Assembly: GCA_963718525.1 (NCBI GenBank)
Contig: OY970355.1
Coordinates: 416,001 to 480,000, forward strand
DNA length: 64,000 bases
Reading direction: 5' to 3'
Source of the DNA: Candidatus Dormiibacterota bacterium
GTDB lineage: Bacteria > Chloroflexota > Dormibacteria > Aeolococcales > Aeolococcaceae
Shown: piece by piece, positions 10,006-19,704 of the stretch
How the letters are laid out: each line of letters starts with the position of its first letter
Position numbering within the stretch: the first letter of the stretch is position 1
Position numbers and translations under genes: made by a program
The notes under the pieces: model-generated
Databases searched by the model: none
What the model saw: only the letters and a program-made list of their open reading frames with translations
Told to the model about the DNA's origin: nothing

Positions 10006-11606
10006 GCCTGACGGCCCTCCGCCTCACCGGCCGAGCCGGGCCTGTCGGTTTCGGGGCTCGCCCGGCGCAGCGCGCTGCGATCGATCTTGCCCGAGCCAGT
10101 TCGCGGCAGATCGGGGACCAGATGGACCTCGCGCGGGACCTTGTGCGGGGCGAGGCGCTCACGCACGAATCCCTGCAACTCCTCCGCGGTCACCGTGGCG
10201 CCGGATTTGACAGCTACCCACGCGCAGGCGCGGGACAGGCCGTCGTGTGCAGCGGCGACGACAGCGCACTCGACCACGTCGGGGTGGGTGACCAAGCAGC
10301 GCTCGATCTCCGCCGGCGCCACCCAGATGCCGCCGATCTTGAGGAGATCGTCAGCCCGTCCGCGATAAAGGAAATAGCCGGCGTCATCGCGCTCCACGAG
10401 GTCCCCGCTCATGACCAGGTCCCGTGCGAAGGTTCGTTCCGAGGCTGCGGCATCCTCCCAATACATGAGCGCAGCGCTCTCGCCACGCACCCAGAGCCGT
10501 CCGATCTCCCCATCGGGCAGCGGCTCGTCGTGGTCGTCCACGATCTCGGCGGCGTACCCGGGGACGACTTCACCGACACTGCCCGGGCGCACCCGGCCCG
10601 GTCGGTTCGAGATGTAGATGTGGTAGGCCTCGGACGACCCCATCCCGTCGAGCACCTCGATGCCGAACGCGTCATTCCAGCGATGGTGGAGCGGTTCCGG
10701 CAGCGCCTCGCCGGCGGATGTGCACAGGCGGAGACAGCTGAGGTCCCGGGCGGCGGCGCTGGGGTGGTCGAGCATTGCCTGCATCATGGTCGGCACGTTG
10801 ACCAGGATGGTCGGCCGGTACCGCGCGATCAAGTCGAAGATGAGCTCGGGGGTGGTTCGTTCGGCAAAGATCACCCCGGTCGCGCCGACGCCGAAGGGGA
10901 AGAGCGCCGCAAGATCACGTGCATAGCCGAAGAACAGCTTCGGCACCGGGAGGACGACGTCATCGGCGCTGATGTCGAGCACGCCTCGCGCGTAGCCGGC
11001 ATAGCTCGCCAGCGGGCTCCGTGCCGTGTGCACGCACGCTTTCGGCCTTCCCGTGCTGCCCGTGGTGAACTTCCAGATCGCTATGTCGTCCGGCCGCCTT
11101 GTCGCTGGCTGGAGGGTCGCCGCCTGGCGCGAGACGAGCGAACCGAAGGACACCTCCAACTCGCGGAGCTCGACTCCGTCGGCGTCGACCACCAGGAGGA
11201 GCGGACGTCTGCGCGTGGCCGCCGACGCTTCGCGCATACGCTCGATGGTGGTGCCGTCGACCACGACAACCGCGGCGGCGGTGTAGTCAATGTAGTACGC
11301 ATAGTCCTTCGGCTGCAGAAACGTGTACACCTCGGCCGTCACGGCCCCGATCTTCTGGACCGCATACCACGTGGCGACAAACTCGACCGAGTCCGCGAGC
11401 GCGAGGAGGACTCGGTCATCCGCGTGCACGCCGAGTTCCAACAGCGCGTTGCCGGCGCGGTTGGTGAGCTCCGCAAGCTGCTCGTACGTGCAGGTCCCCG
11501 CAGGCCCCACCAGGGCGGTTCGCCCGCCCCGCCCGTCGCTTACAGTGCGGTCGAGGAACGCGGTGGCCAGGTTCACCCCGGTCCCGGTCCCACCCACGGT
11601 GTTCAC
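10002..11606 (-). CDS. Benzoate-CoA ligase family protein (aminobenzoate/hydroxybenzoate-CoA ligase)
   Basis: FTTGSTGRPK, KLFFGY, SAGEAL, DGMGSSE, GRADD, PRTGSGKI. Confidence 0.9.
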   Translation of the reverse strand: MNTVGGTGTGVNLATAFLDRTVSDGRGGRTALVGPAGTCTYEQLAELTNRAGNALLELGVHADDRVLLALADSVEFVATWYAVQKIGAVTAEVYTFLQPKDYAYYIDYTAAAVVVVDGTTIERMREASAATRRRPLLLVVDADGVELRELEVSFGSLVSRQAATLQPATRRPDDIAIWKFTTGSTGRPKACVHTARSPLASYAGYARGVLDISADDVVLPVPKLFFGYARDLAALFPFGVGATGVIFAERTTPELIFDLIARYRPTILVNVPTMMQAMLDHPSAAARDLSCLRLCTSAGEALPEPLHHRWNDAFGIEVLDGMGSSEAYHIYISNRPGRVRPGSVGEVVPGYAAEIVDDHDEPLPDGEIGRLWVRGESAALMYWEDAAASERTFARDLVMSGDLVERDDAGYFLYRGRADDLLKIGGIWVAPAEIERCLVTHPDVVECAVVAAAHDGLSRACAWVAVKSGATVTAEELQGFVRERLAPHKVPREVHLVPDLPRTGSGKIDRSALRRASPETDRPGSAGEAEGRQA

Positions 11607-12364
11607 GGCGTGGGGTCGCTCGCAGCCTGTTCGCGAATCAGGTCGATCAGGAGGCGCGAGAGCGTCGCCAGGGTCGCCTCACCCTCCGCCGCGGTGGCCT
11701 CAGCCGGAGCCCCGCAATACGCCCGGTCCATGCCCATCGCCAGGAAGTCGGTCTGACCCGCGGCCATGGCAGCGGGCATGTTCAGCTCGTACGCGGGCAG
11801 CCGCCGCATGATCTCGACTTCGACCAGGTCGGGTCGCGTCGAGAGGACCAACGACGTCTCGTAGCGCCCCGCGTGGGCGGCGCCGCTCTGGAACTCGGGC
11901 GTGAGCTGCGCGGCCACCGCTCGGCGAGTGATATCGAGCAGACCAACCTTGGCGTCCACCGCGGCCCTGCGCAGGGTCTCGACCTGGGCGGGCTCGAAGT
12001 GGCTGTTGACGATCACCTGGTGGCGAAACCCCTGAGCGCGCAGTGACGCGCAGACCTCGAGCACGATTGCGTGGAGCGTGCCCTCGCTGATCGTGACCGC
12101 GCCCGTGAAGGCCGCCGAGTACCGGGTCACGCCGAACGCGATCTCGGGAAGCACGAACGCCCGTACCGTGCGATCGCCGGAGAGAGCCATGGCCGCCCGC
12201 TCGCAGATCGCCGTGGAGATGATCGAATCAGTCCCCAGCGGAGCGTGCGGCCCATGTGGCTCCACGGCCCCGACGGGCAGCAGCAGCACCGGCACGGGGC
12301 CTGCGTCGAGCAGCGCCCGCGCCCGCGGTGACGTCAGATCGGCGAAATGAATCGATGCAGGCAT
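11603..12364 (-). CDS. Creatininase family amidohydrolase
   Basis: LPVGAVEPHGPHAPLGTD, VNSH, HAGRYETS metal-binding motifs. Confidence 0.9.
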   Translation of the reverse strand: MPASIHFADLTSPRARALLDAGPVPVLLLPVGAVEPHGPHAPLGTDSIISTAICERAAMALSGDRTVRAFVLPEIAFGVTRYSAAFTGAVTISEGTLHAIVLEVCASLRAQGFRHQVIVNSHFEPAQVETLRRAAVDAKVGLLDITRRAVAAQLTPEFQSGAAHAGRYETSLVLSTRPDLVEVEIMRRLPAYELNMPAAMAAGQTDFLAMGMDRAYCGAPAEATAAEGEATLATLSRLLIDLIREQAASDPTP

Positions 12365-12419
12365 GCTGAGGACGCCACATTCACGAGGTTCCACACTTTA
12401 CAGTTGCGCCCAGACTCAG

Positions 12420-14792
12420 ATGCGAATTGCGGTTGTCGGGGGCGGGCCGGGCGGACTGTATTTCGCGGCGCTCAGCAAACAGCTGGATCCGAGCCACGAG
12501 ATCACCGTCTGGGAGCGCAACGCCGACGACGACACGTTCGGCTTCGGCGTGGTGTTCTCGGACGAGACGCTCGGCGGCATCGAGCACGCCGACCCCACGA
12601 TCCACGACGCGATGTCACGAGAGTTCGCGCGGTGGGACGACATCGACATCCATTACCGCGGAGAGGTGATCACGTCCGGCGGCCACGGATTCGCGGCGAT
12701 GAGCCGCAAGCGGCTGCTCGAGATCCTGCATGCGCGGTGCGTCGACCTCGGGGTGACGCTGATCTTCAACACCGAGGCCCCATGCGCCGACGAGCTCGCC
12801 GCGACGCACGACCTGGTCGTCGGCGCGGACGGGGTGAACTCGCCAACGCGAACGCGCTACGCGGAAACCTTCCGTCCGACACTGGATGTGCGCCGCTGCA
12901 AATTCATGTGGCTGGGGACCGATCTCGTGTTCGACGCCTTCAAGTTCTACATCGTCGAGACGCCACACGGCGTCATGCAGATTCACGGGTATCCGTACGA
13001 CGCCACGGGCAGCACCTTCATCGTCGAGATGAATGATGCGGTCTGGCGGCGTGCGGGGTTCGAGGTACTCGCCGGGCGCGCGTTCGCTCCCGGGGAGAGC
13101 GACCTTGCGAGTATCGCCGAGATCCAGCGCCTCTTCGACCCGATCCTTGATGGTCACGCGGTGCATGCGAACAACTCGAAGTGGATCAGCTTCGCCACCG
13201 TTCGCAACCAGTGCTGGCATCGCGGCAACGTGGTGCTCCTCGGTGATGCCGCGCACACCGCGCATTTCTCGATCGGATCGGGAACCAAGCTCGCGATGGA
13301 GGATGCGCTGGCACTTGCCGCCTGCCTGCACGAGCACGGGACCATCGCGAATGCGCTCGAGGCGTACGAGGCGGAGCGCACACCGGTCGTGGTGTCGACC
13401 CAGCGAGCCGCACAGGCGAGCCTCGAGTGGTTCGAGCGTCTCGGGCAGTACGTGCACCAGGCGCCGCCTCAGTTCGCCTTCAACATCCTCACCCGGAGCC
13501 GGCGCGTCACGTACGACAACCTCCGCCTGCGCGACCCGGAGTTCGTCAGCGATGTTGTCGACTGGTTCGCCGGTCAGGTTGATGCACAGCATCCGCAACG
13601 TTCTGGAGCGTTGACTCCGCCGATGTTTCAGCCATTCCGGCTTCGCGACCTCGAGCTGAAGAACCGCGTGATCGTTTCGGCGATGGACATGTACTCGGCT
13701 CTCGACGGCATGCCCAACGACTTCCACATGGTGCACCTGTGCAGCAAGGCCCTCGGGGGCGCCGCCCTGGTGATGACCGAGATGGTCTGTGTGTCCGCGA
13801 ACGGGCGGATCACTCCCGGCTGCACCGGCATGTACGCGCCGGAACACGAGCTCGGTTGGCAACGCATCGTGGACTTCGTGCACGAGCGAACCACCGCGAG
13901 GATCGGGCTGCAGCTCGGGCATTCAGGACGCAAGGGGTCGACGCGGCTCATGTGGGAGGGGATGGACGAGCCGCTCCCGGAAGGGAACTGGGAGGTGATG
14001 GGGCCGTCGCCGATCCCCTACTCCAGCGCCAACCAGGTGCCGCGCGAGCTGAGCCACGATGAGATGTCAGAGATTCGCGAGCACTTCGTCCGGGCGACCG
14101 CCGCCGCGGAGAGGGCGGGGTTCGACCTCCTCGAGTTGCACTGCGCACACGGATATCTCCTCTCCAGCTTCATCTCGCCGATTTCGAATCAGCGTACGGA
14201 CGAGTACGGCGGCAGCCTGCACAACCGGCTGCGTTTTCCGCTCGAGGTCTTTGCCGCCATGCGCGAGGTCTGGCCGGCACACAAGCCGATGACCGTGCGC
14301 ATCTCCGCAACCGACTGGTGGCCTGGAGGCACCGACGCGGACGATGCGGTCGAGATCGCACGCGCATTTGCCGCGCATGGAGCCGATGCGATCGACGTCT
14401 CGACAGGGCAGGTGACCAAGGACGAACAACCGGCATTCGGCCGCTCATACCAGACGCCGTACGCGGATCGAATCCGCAACGAGCTGGGCATCGCGACGAT
14501 TGCGGTCGGCGTCATCTCCTCGGCTGACGACGTGAATTCACTGGTGCTCGCCGGTCGCGCCGATCTCTGTGCTCTCGCGCGCGCTCATCTCTACGACCCG
14601 CAGTGGACCCTCCACGCCGCCGCCGACCAGGGGTATTTCGGACCAGGCGCCGAGTGGCCGGACCCATTCAAGGCCGGCAGTCGCAAGCCGCAGGCCGGGC
14701 GCGCGGACGGCCCCAAACCCAGGTTGCAGCTCATCCGCGAAGGCAGGCCACAGACGCGACACAGCCGCTGGCGCCCGTCAGCGCCGTCATGA
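12420..14792 (+). CDS. abmA: Bifunctional anthraniloyl-CoA monooxygenase/reductase (salicylyl-CoA 5-hydroxylase/oxidoreductase family)
   Basis: N-terminal FAD monooxygenase (GGGPGGL, DTFGFGVVFS, GDAAHTAHFSIGSGTKLAMEDA) fused to an old-yellow-enzyme domain (HSGRKGST, HCAHGYLL, NQRTDEYGGS). Confidence 0.9.
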   Translation: MRIAVVGGGPGGLYFAALSKQLDPSHEITVWERNADDDTFGFGVVFSDETLGGIEHADPTIHDAMSREFARWDDIDIHYRGEVITSGGHGFAAMSRKRLLEILHARCVDLGVTLIFNTEAPCADELAATHDLVVGADGVNSPTRTRYAETFRPTLDVRRCKFMWLGTDLVFDAFKFYIVETPHGVMQIHGYPYDATGSTFIVEMNDAVWRRAGFEVLAGRAFAPGESDLASIAEIQRLFDPILDGHAVHANNSKWISFATVRNQCWHRGNVVLLGDAAHTAHFSIGSGTKLAMEDALALAACLHEHGTIANALEAYEAERTPVVVSTQRAAQASLEWFERLGQYVHQAPPQFAFNILTRSRRVTYDNLRLRDPEFVSDVVDWFAGQVDAQHPQRSGALTPPMFQPFRLRDLELKNRVIVSAMDMYSALDGMPNDFHMVHLCSKALGGAALVMTEMVCVSANGRITPGCTGMYAPEHELGWQRIVDFVHERTTARIGLQLGHSGRKGSTRLMWEGMDEPLPEGNWEVMGPSPIPYSSANQVPRELSHDEMSEIREHFVRATAAAERAGFDLLELHCAHGYLLSSFISPISNQRTDEYGGSLHNRLRFPLEVFAAMREVWPAHKPMTVRISATDWWPGGTDADDAVEIARAFAAHGADAIDVSTGQVTKDEQPAFGRSYQTPYADRIRNELGIATIAVGVISSADDVNSLVLAGRADLCALARAHLYDPQWTLHAAADQGYFGPGAEWPDPFKAGSRKPQAGRADGPKPRLQLIREGRPQTRHSRWRPSAPS

Positions 14793-15323
14793 GCCGGCGA
14801 GGTCGCGCAGCTTGAGAGTCGTGTTCCAGTTTCGTTGCGTCACGCGCACGCCGAGGGTGCGCTCCCAGTCGGGCAGGGTCGTACCCATGACCCCGTTGGG
14901 CAGGCGCACGTAGATCGCGCGGTCGCCGAACGCGAACTCGTCGGGCATGCAGGCCTCACGGTCGACACCTGCCAACACTGACGCCGCCGGCTGAGCGCTG
15001 AGGAAGGCGACGTGCAGCTTGCTCGTGTCCGCGCCGGGCGTGACGAAGGGGTTGGCGTCGACCACCTTCGCGAATTCGGCAGCCGTGCGCACCATGACCA
15101 CCACATCCATGCCGAAGTCACCCTTGATGCGCGCCGAGATCTCGCGCTCGAGCGGCTCGGCGTTGCTCCGCGCGGACGTGAAGATCGCATTGCCACTCTG
15201 CCCATGAGTCCGGACCTCACCGTGGCCGATCGATTCGAGCATCGCGCGCAGATCCGCCATGGTGATCCGCTTGGCCCGTCCGACGTTGATGCCGCGCAAC
15301 AACGCCACCCAGGTGACGCTCAT
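14787..15323 (-). CDS. DUF1697 domain protein
   Basis: VALLRGINVG, QSGN, T.RNWNT. Confidence 0.9.
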   Translation of the reverse strand: MSVTWVALLRGINVGRAKRITMADLRAMLESIGHGEVRTHGQSGNAIFTSARSNAEPLEREISARIKGDFGMDVVVMVRTAAEFAKVVDANPFVTPGADTSKLHVAFLSAQPAASVLAGVDREACMPDEFAFGDRAIYVRLPNGVMGTTLPDWERTLGVRVTQRNWNTTLKLRDLAGS

Positions 15324-16042
15324 GACGCCGGCAGCAGCGGGAGGTCGGCGAATGCCGCCGCCACGCTGTCAAGGAACCATTTACGCTCGCGCGCCATGAA
15401 GAACAGATGCCCACCGCCGAATGTCACGATCTGCGACCCAGCGATGCCCTGACGCATCTTCAGAGCCTCGCGCAGCGGGGCGATCTTGTCCCTCCTCCCA
15501 TGGAGAATGGTGGTAGGGACATGGATCTCGCTGAGGCGGTCGATGCAATCGTATGCGCGCGAAGCCTCGCGCTGGCGGTTGAACGCGTAACGTGGCTGCG
15601 GATGCTTCCCGCGGAATAACAGGGTCCCGACGATGCCCAGCATCTCCATCCGGGATGTCGGCGAGCCCGGTGGCCTCGCTGTCGCCATGGTGCTCACGAG
15701 AATGAGCCCGCCTACGCGCTCCGGATGTTCCAGTGCAAGGTCGAGTGCGATGCGCCCACCCATCGACACCCCGATCACGGTCGCATGCGACATGCCGGCT
15801 GCCTCCATGAGCCCGTCGGTGTCATTGGCCATCATCGGAATCGAATAGGGGGCATCGGGCTTGTCGGAGCGTCCTGCGCCGCGGTTGTCGAAGGCGAGCA
15901 CCCGGTGCGTCTGGGCACACCAGTTGATCATCCACTCCCACTCGGACAGATCGTTCGCGAGGCCGCCGATCAGCACCAGTGGCTCGCCGGAGCCGTGGAT
16001 CTCGTAGTACATGTCGATGTCGCCGACGTGCGTCATGGTCAC
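15320..16042 (-). CDS. Alpha/beta hydrolase
   Basis: YYEIHGSGEPL, FDNRGAGRS, GVSMGG, C-terminal GGH. Confidence 0.9.
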   Translation of the reverse strand: MTMTHVGDIDMYYEIHGSGEPLVLIGGLANDLSEWEWMINWCAQTHRVLAFDNRGAGRSDKPDAPYSIPMMANDTDGLMEAAGMSHATVIGVSMGGRIALDLALEHPERVGGLILVSTMATARPPGSPTSRMEMLGIVGTLLFRGKHPQPRYAFNRQREASRAYDCIDRLSEIHVPTTILHGRRDKIAPLREALKMRQGIAGSQIVTFGGGHLFFMARERKWFLDSVAAAFADLPLLPAS

Positions 16043-16044
16043 GA

Positions 16045-16818
16045 TCAGGCTCCCTGGCGCATCGCCAGATGCTCGAGCACCAGGCGGTTGACGATGTCAG
16101 GTTGCTCGACGTTCATCAGGTGTGCCGCGTGGGGAACCACCGCGGTCTCGGCATCACGGAACGATGCGCCGAACAGCACGGCACTTGCTGCCGGAACGAC
16201 TGGATCCTCCGCTCCGGCGATGATCAGCGTGGGCGCATCCACTCTGTGAATGGCGGTGCGCAGGTCACACGCCGCAAGCGCCTCGCAACACGCCGCGTAG
16301 CCTTCGGCGTCCATGGCGGTGAGGGCTTCGACGTAGCCGCGCAGCGTCTTCGGGTGCTCCCGCGCAAACCGGTCGGTGAACCAACGAGCCACCACACCGT
16401 CGGCAACGGACCCGATGCCGTGTGCCCGTACCGCCGCCGCCCGCTCGGTGAGCGTGGCAGCCGGCTGCAGGCGCGAAAGGGTCGCCATGACCACGAGGCT
16501 GCTGATCCGATCCGGGTGATTCGCGGCGAGCCAGAGACCGACCATGCCTCCAAGCGACACGCCGCAGAACGACACTGTTCGCGCGCCGAGCTTGTCGATC
16601 AACGAGAGAACATCCGCGCCCATGTCGTCGACGCTGTACGGGCCTGGCGGTGCGGGCGATGCGCCGAGGCCACGATGATCGTAGAGCAGCAGAGCGTGAT
16701 GCGTTGCAAGCGGATGTTGCGCGTCCCACATTGATCGGGTGGTGCCGAGTGCGCTGCTCATCACCAGCATCGGGTTGTCGCGATGGCCCATAACGGTGTA
16801 CGCGAGCTCTACGGTCAT
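16045..16818 (-). CDS. pcaD: 3-oxoadipate enol-lactonase
   Basis: SSALGT..MWDAQ, YDHRGLG.S, GVSLGG, RWFT, EGYAACCEAL, AAHL.NVEQP; directly follows the thiolase. Confidence 0.85.
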   Translation of the reverse strand: MTVELAYTVMGHRDNPMLVMSSALGTTRSMWDAQHPLATHHALLLYDHRGLGASPAPPGPYSVDDMGADVLSLIDKLGARTVSFCGVSLGGMVGLWLAANHPDRISSLVVMATLSRLQPAATLTERAAAVRAHGIGSVADGVVARWFTDRFAREHPKTLRGYVEALTAMDAEGYAACCEALAACDLRTAIHRVDAPTLIIAGAEDPVVPAASAVLFGASFRDAETAVVPHAAHLMNVEQPDIVNRLVLEHLAMRQGA

Positions 16819-16838
16819 GCGGGCGCGGAGGCGGACAC

Positions 16839-18020
16839 TCAGGCTTCGAGAATCACGGCCAGACCCTGACCGACGCCGATGCAGATCGCGGCGAGACCAT
16901 ACCCGCCGCCACGGCGTCGCAGCTCGTGCGCGAGGGAACCGATGATGCGTGCCCCGGAACATCCGATGGGATGGCCGATCGCGATCGCTCCGCCGTTCGG
17001 GTTCACCTTCTCGGGGTCCAGCTCCGGCCAGTCGCGCAGGCACGCCAGCGACTGCGCCGCGAACGCCTCGTTGAGCTCGACCACCGCCAGGTCACTCCAC
17101 CCGATCCCGGCGCGACGGAGCGCAGCGTTGGCGGCCGCAACCGGCCCGATGCCGTACAGGGGAGGCTCGACCGCGCTCACGCCACGCGCAACGATTCGTG
17201 CAAGTGGCACGCGGTCGACGCGCCGTGCGCCCTCCGCGTCGGCCAGCAGCAATGCCGCGGCTCCATCGTTCAGCGGCGACGCGTTGCCCGCGGTCACCGT
17301 GCCGTCGGGACGGAACGCCGGGCGGAGGGCGCGCAGCGCCTCGAGCGAGGTCTCGGCGCGGATGCACTCGTCACGGCGCAGGTCGGTCCCCTCCACCGCA
17401 ACGACCTCACCGTCGTACCTCCCCGCATCCCAGGCCGCGGCCGCACTGCGATGACTTCGAAGGGCAAACGCATCCTGCTCGTCACGGCTGATCGCGTACT
17501 TCGACGCCAGCAGCTCCGCCCCCTCGCCGAGGGAGATCGTCCAGCTCGCGGGCATGCGCGGGTTGACCATGCGCCAGCCGAGCGTCGTCGAGAACATCGT
17601 CTCGTTGGTGCGTGCATAGCCGCGTTCGGGCTTGAGCACGACCCAGGGAGCGCGGCTCATCGATTCGACCCCGCCGGCGATGCAGATCGAATGGTCGCCG
17701 ACTGCGATCGCCCGGCTCGCCGCGATCACCGCCTCGAGCCCCGAGCCGCAGAGCCGGTTGACCGTCGAGCCAGGGACCGTCGGCGGCACGCCCGCGAGCA
17801 GCAGCGCCATGCGCGCGACGTTGCGATTGTCCTCACCAGCGCCGTTGCCGTCACCAAAGACAACGTCACCAATGTCGGCCGGGTCAAGCGCCGGACTGCG
17901 CCGTATCAGCGCGGAGATGACACCGGCTGCCAGGTCGTCCGGACGTACGCCGGCGAGTGCGCCGCGGTGCCGGCCGATCGGCGTGCGAACCGCATCCAGG
18001 ACGAAGACGTCCCCGCTCAC
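16839..18020 (-). CDS. pcaF: 3-oxoadipyl-CoA thiolase
   Basis: AGEDNRNVARM, NRLCGSG, NEAFA, GHPIGCSG, CIGVGQG; GTG start coupled to pcaJ. Confidence 0.9.
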   Translation of the reverse strand: MSGDVFVLDAVRTPIGRHRGALAGVRPDDLAAGVISALIRRSPALDPADIGDVVFGDGNGAGEDNRNVARMALLLAGVPPTVPGSTVNRLCGSGLEAVIAASRAIAVGDHSICIAGGVESMSRAPWVVLKPERGYARTNETMFSTTLGWRMVNPRMPASWTISLGEGAELLASKYAISRDEQDAFALRSHRSAAAAWDAGRYDGEVVAVEGTDLRRDECIRAETSLEALRALRPAFRPDGTVTAGNASPLNDGAAALLLADAEGARRVDRVPLARIVARGVSAVEPPLYGIGPVAAANAALRRAGIGWSDLAVVELNEAFAAQSLACLRDWPELDPEKVNPNGGAIAIGHPIGCSGARIIGSLAHELRRRGGGYGLAAICIGVGQGLAVILEA

Positions 18021-18778
18021 GCGTCCTTGGTCGCCTCGAGCCGGCGGAGAACGCCGAGCTCCTCGTCGGTGGGCGGATCGGTGGTCGCGAGGTCGGGTGA
18101 AACCGCGAGTATCCAGCCGGTCGCCGCGCGTGCGTCGCCGGCAGTCGATCCCGGGTGCACGCTCACGAGGGTCAGCTCGCACGTCTCCGGGTCTGGTGCG
18201 AGCATGCCGAAGTCAGTGATGACAACCCGCGGTCCGGATCCGATGAGGCCTAACCGCTCGCGATCGCTGGCGCCGTACCCAAATCCCATCGACGTGACGA
18301 AGTCGACGCGCTCGACAAACGCCCGTGGTGACTGGCGGAGGACGACCACCACCTCGCGACATGACGCGGCGATCTCGGGGGCGCCTCCGGCTCCGGGGAG
18401 CCGGATCTTGGGGTGACGATAGTCGGCGCCGATCACCGTTGTGTTGATGTTGGCGTAGCGATCGATCTGCGCAGCGGTGAGAAACCCGATGTCGATCCGG
18501 CCGGGTTGCAACCAGTAGTTGAACACCTCGGGCACACTGACCACGGTGTCAGCGGTTTCCGCGAGGATGCCGTCACCGATCGACAGTGGCAGCCGGTCGG
18601 GTTTGGCTCCGATCGTGCCCGACTCGTAGATGAGCACGACGTCGGGTGCGTGGGTCGCGCGCGCAAGGTTAGCCGCAGTGCTCGGCAACCCGATGCCGAC
18701 GAAGCAGACGTTCCCATCGTGCAGCTGACGCGCGGCGGCGACGGTCATCATCTCGTCAGCCGTGTACGCCGTGGTCAT
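18017..18778 (-). CDS. pcaJ: 3-oxoadipate CoA-transferase beta subunit (GctB-type)
   Basis: EMMTVAAAR, FVGIGLP, YESG, LPLSIGDG, RLPGAGGAPEIA. Confidence 0.9.
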   Translation of the reverse strand: MTTAYTADEMMTVAAARQLHDGNVCFVGIGLPSTAANLARATHAPDVVLIYESGTIGAKPDRLPLSIGDGILAETADTVVSVPEVFNYWLQPGRIDIGFLTAAQIDRYANINTTVIGADYRHPKIRLPGAGGAPEIAASCREVVVVLRQSPRAFVERVDFVTSMGFGYGASDRERLGLIGSGPRVVITDFGMLAPDPETCELTLVSVHPGSTAGDARAATGWILAVSPDLATTDPPTDEELGVLRRLEATKDA

Positions 18779-19593
18779 GCGGCGGGCACCCGGCGCATGA
18801 CGTTCTCGTCCATCCATGCAAGGAACGTGTCTCGATCCTTGCTGATCGCGTCCCACGCCGTGTAGAACGCGTTGTCGCGAAGCGAATATCCCTGCGCGTA
18901 CGACGGATGGGTGCCGCCGGGCGCCACCGCGACGTACGTTGTCGAAAAGGCAGGAAGCACGACCTCCTGTGGCTTGGGATCGAGACTGTCGACAATTTCC
19001 TCGACGGTGATCAGCGAGCGTTTCGCGGCGAGCACGGCCTCCTTCTGCACGCCGAGGATGCCCCACATCTGCACGTTGCCCCTCCGGTCGGCGCGCTGTG
19101 CGTGAATGATCGTCACGTCGGGAGTGAGCGCCGGAACAGCCGTGAGCACCTCGCCTGTGAAGGGACACGTGATCGGCCGGATTGCGTCCGTCTGCGCGGG
19201 AAGGTCGGTACCGACGTACCCGCGCAGCACCGCGAACGGAAGTCCGCTTGCTCCCGCGAGGTAGCGGTTTGCCATGCCCGCGTGGCTGTGCTCCTCCAGC
19301 TCCAGTGGGAGCGGCCAGGAGTTTTCGACCGCGTCCCGGAACCTGTGCAGCGAGCCCACGCCCGGGTTGCCACCCCACGAGAAGATCAGCTTCGACGCGC
19401 ACCCCATGCCGATCATCTGGTCGTAGATGAGATCCGGGGTCATCCGCACCAGGGCGAGACCGCGCCTTCCCTGGCGAATGATCTCGTGCCCGGCGGCGAA
19501 TGGAATGAGGTGGGTGAAGCCCTCCATCACTAGCGTGTCGCCGTCGTGCACCAGCGCGGCGATGCCCTCGGGCAGCGAGACGAACTCAGCCAT
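18775..19593 (-). CDS. pcaI: 3-oxoadipate CoA-transferase alpha subunit (GctA-type)
   Basis: EGFTHLIPFAAGHEIIRQ, RMTPDLIYDQMIG, FSWGGNPGVGSLHRFRDA. Confidence 0.9.
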   Translation of the reverse strand: MAEFVSLPEGIAALVHDGDTLVMEGFTHLIPFAAGHEIIRQGRRGLALVRMTPDLIYDQMIGMGCASKLIFSWGGNPGVGSLHRFRDAVENSWPLPLELEEHSHAGMANRYLAGASGLPFAVLRGYVGTDLPAQTDAIRPITCPFTGEVLTAVPALTPDVTIIHAQRADRRGNVQMWGILGVQKEAVLAAKRSLITVEEIVDSLDPKPQEVVLPAFSTTYVAVAPGGTHPSYAQGYSLRDNAFYTAWDAISKDRDTFLAWMDENVMRRVPAA

Positions 19594-19608
19594 GTTCACA
19601 AATCCACA

Positions 19609-19625
19609 TGTTCGCGTAGCGCACA
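19609..19625. promoter_or_regulatory. Putative IclR/PcaR-type operator
   Basis: Quasi-palindrome TGTTCGC-GTA-GCGCACA between divergent pcaI and the dioxygenase; TACAAT at 19640-19645. Confidence 0.55.
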
Positions 19626-19704
19626 CTCGTATCCGCAACTACAATACGGCGTTCGCGGTGGCGCGCGGCCTCGAGAGCGTCGTGGAGAATATCGTGAGGT
19701 ACGA

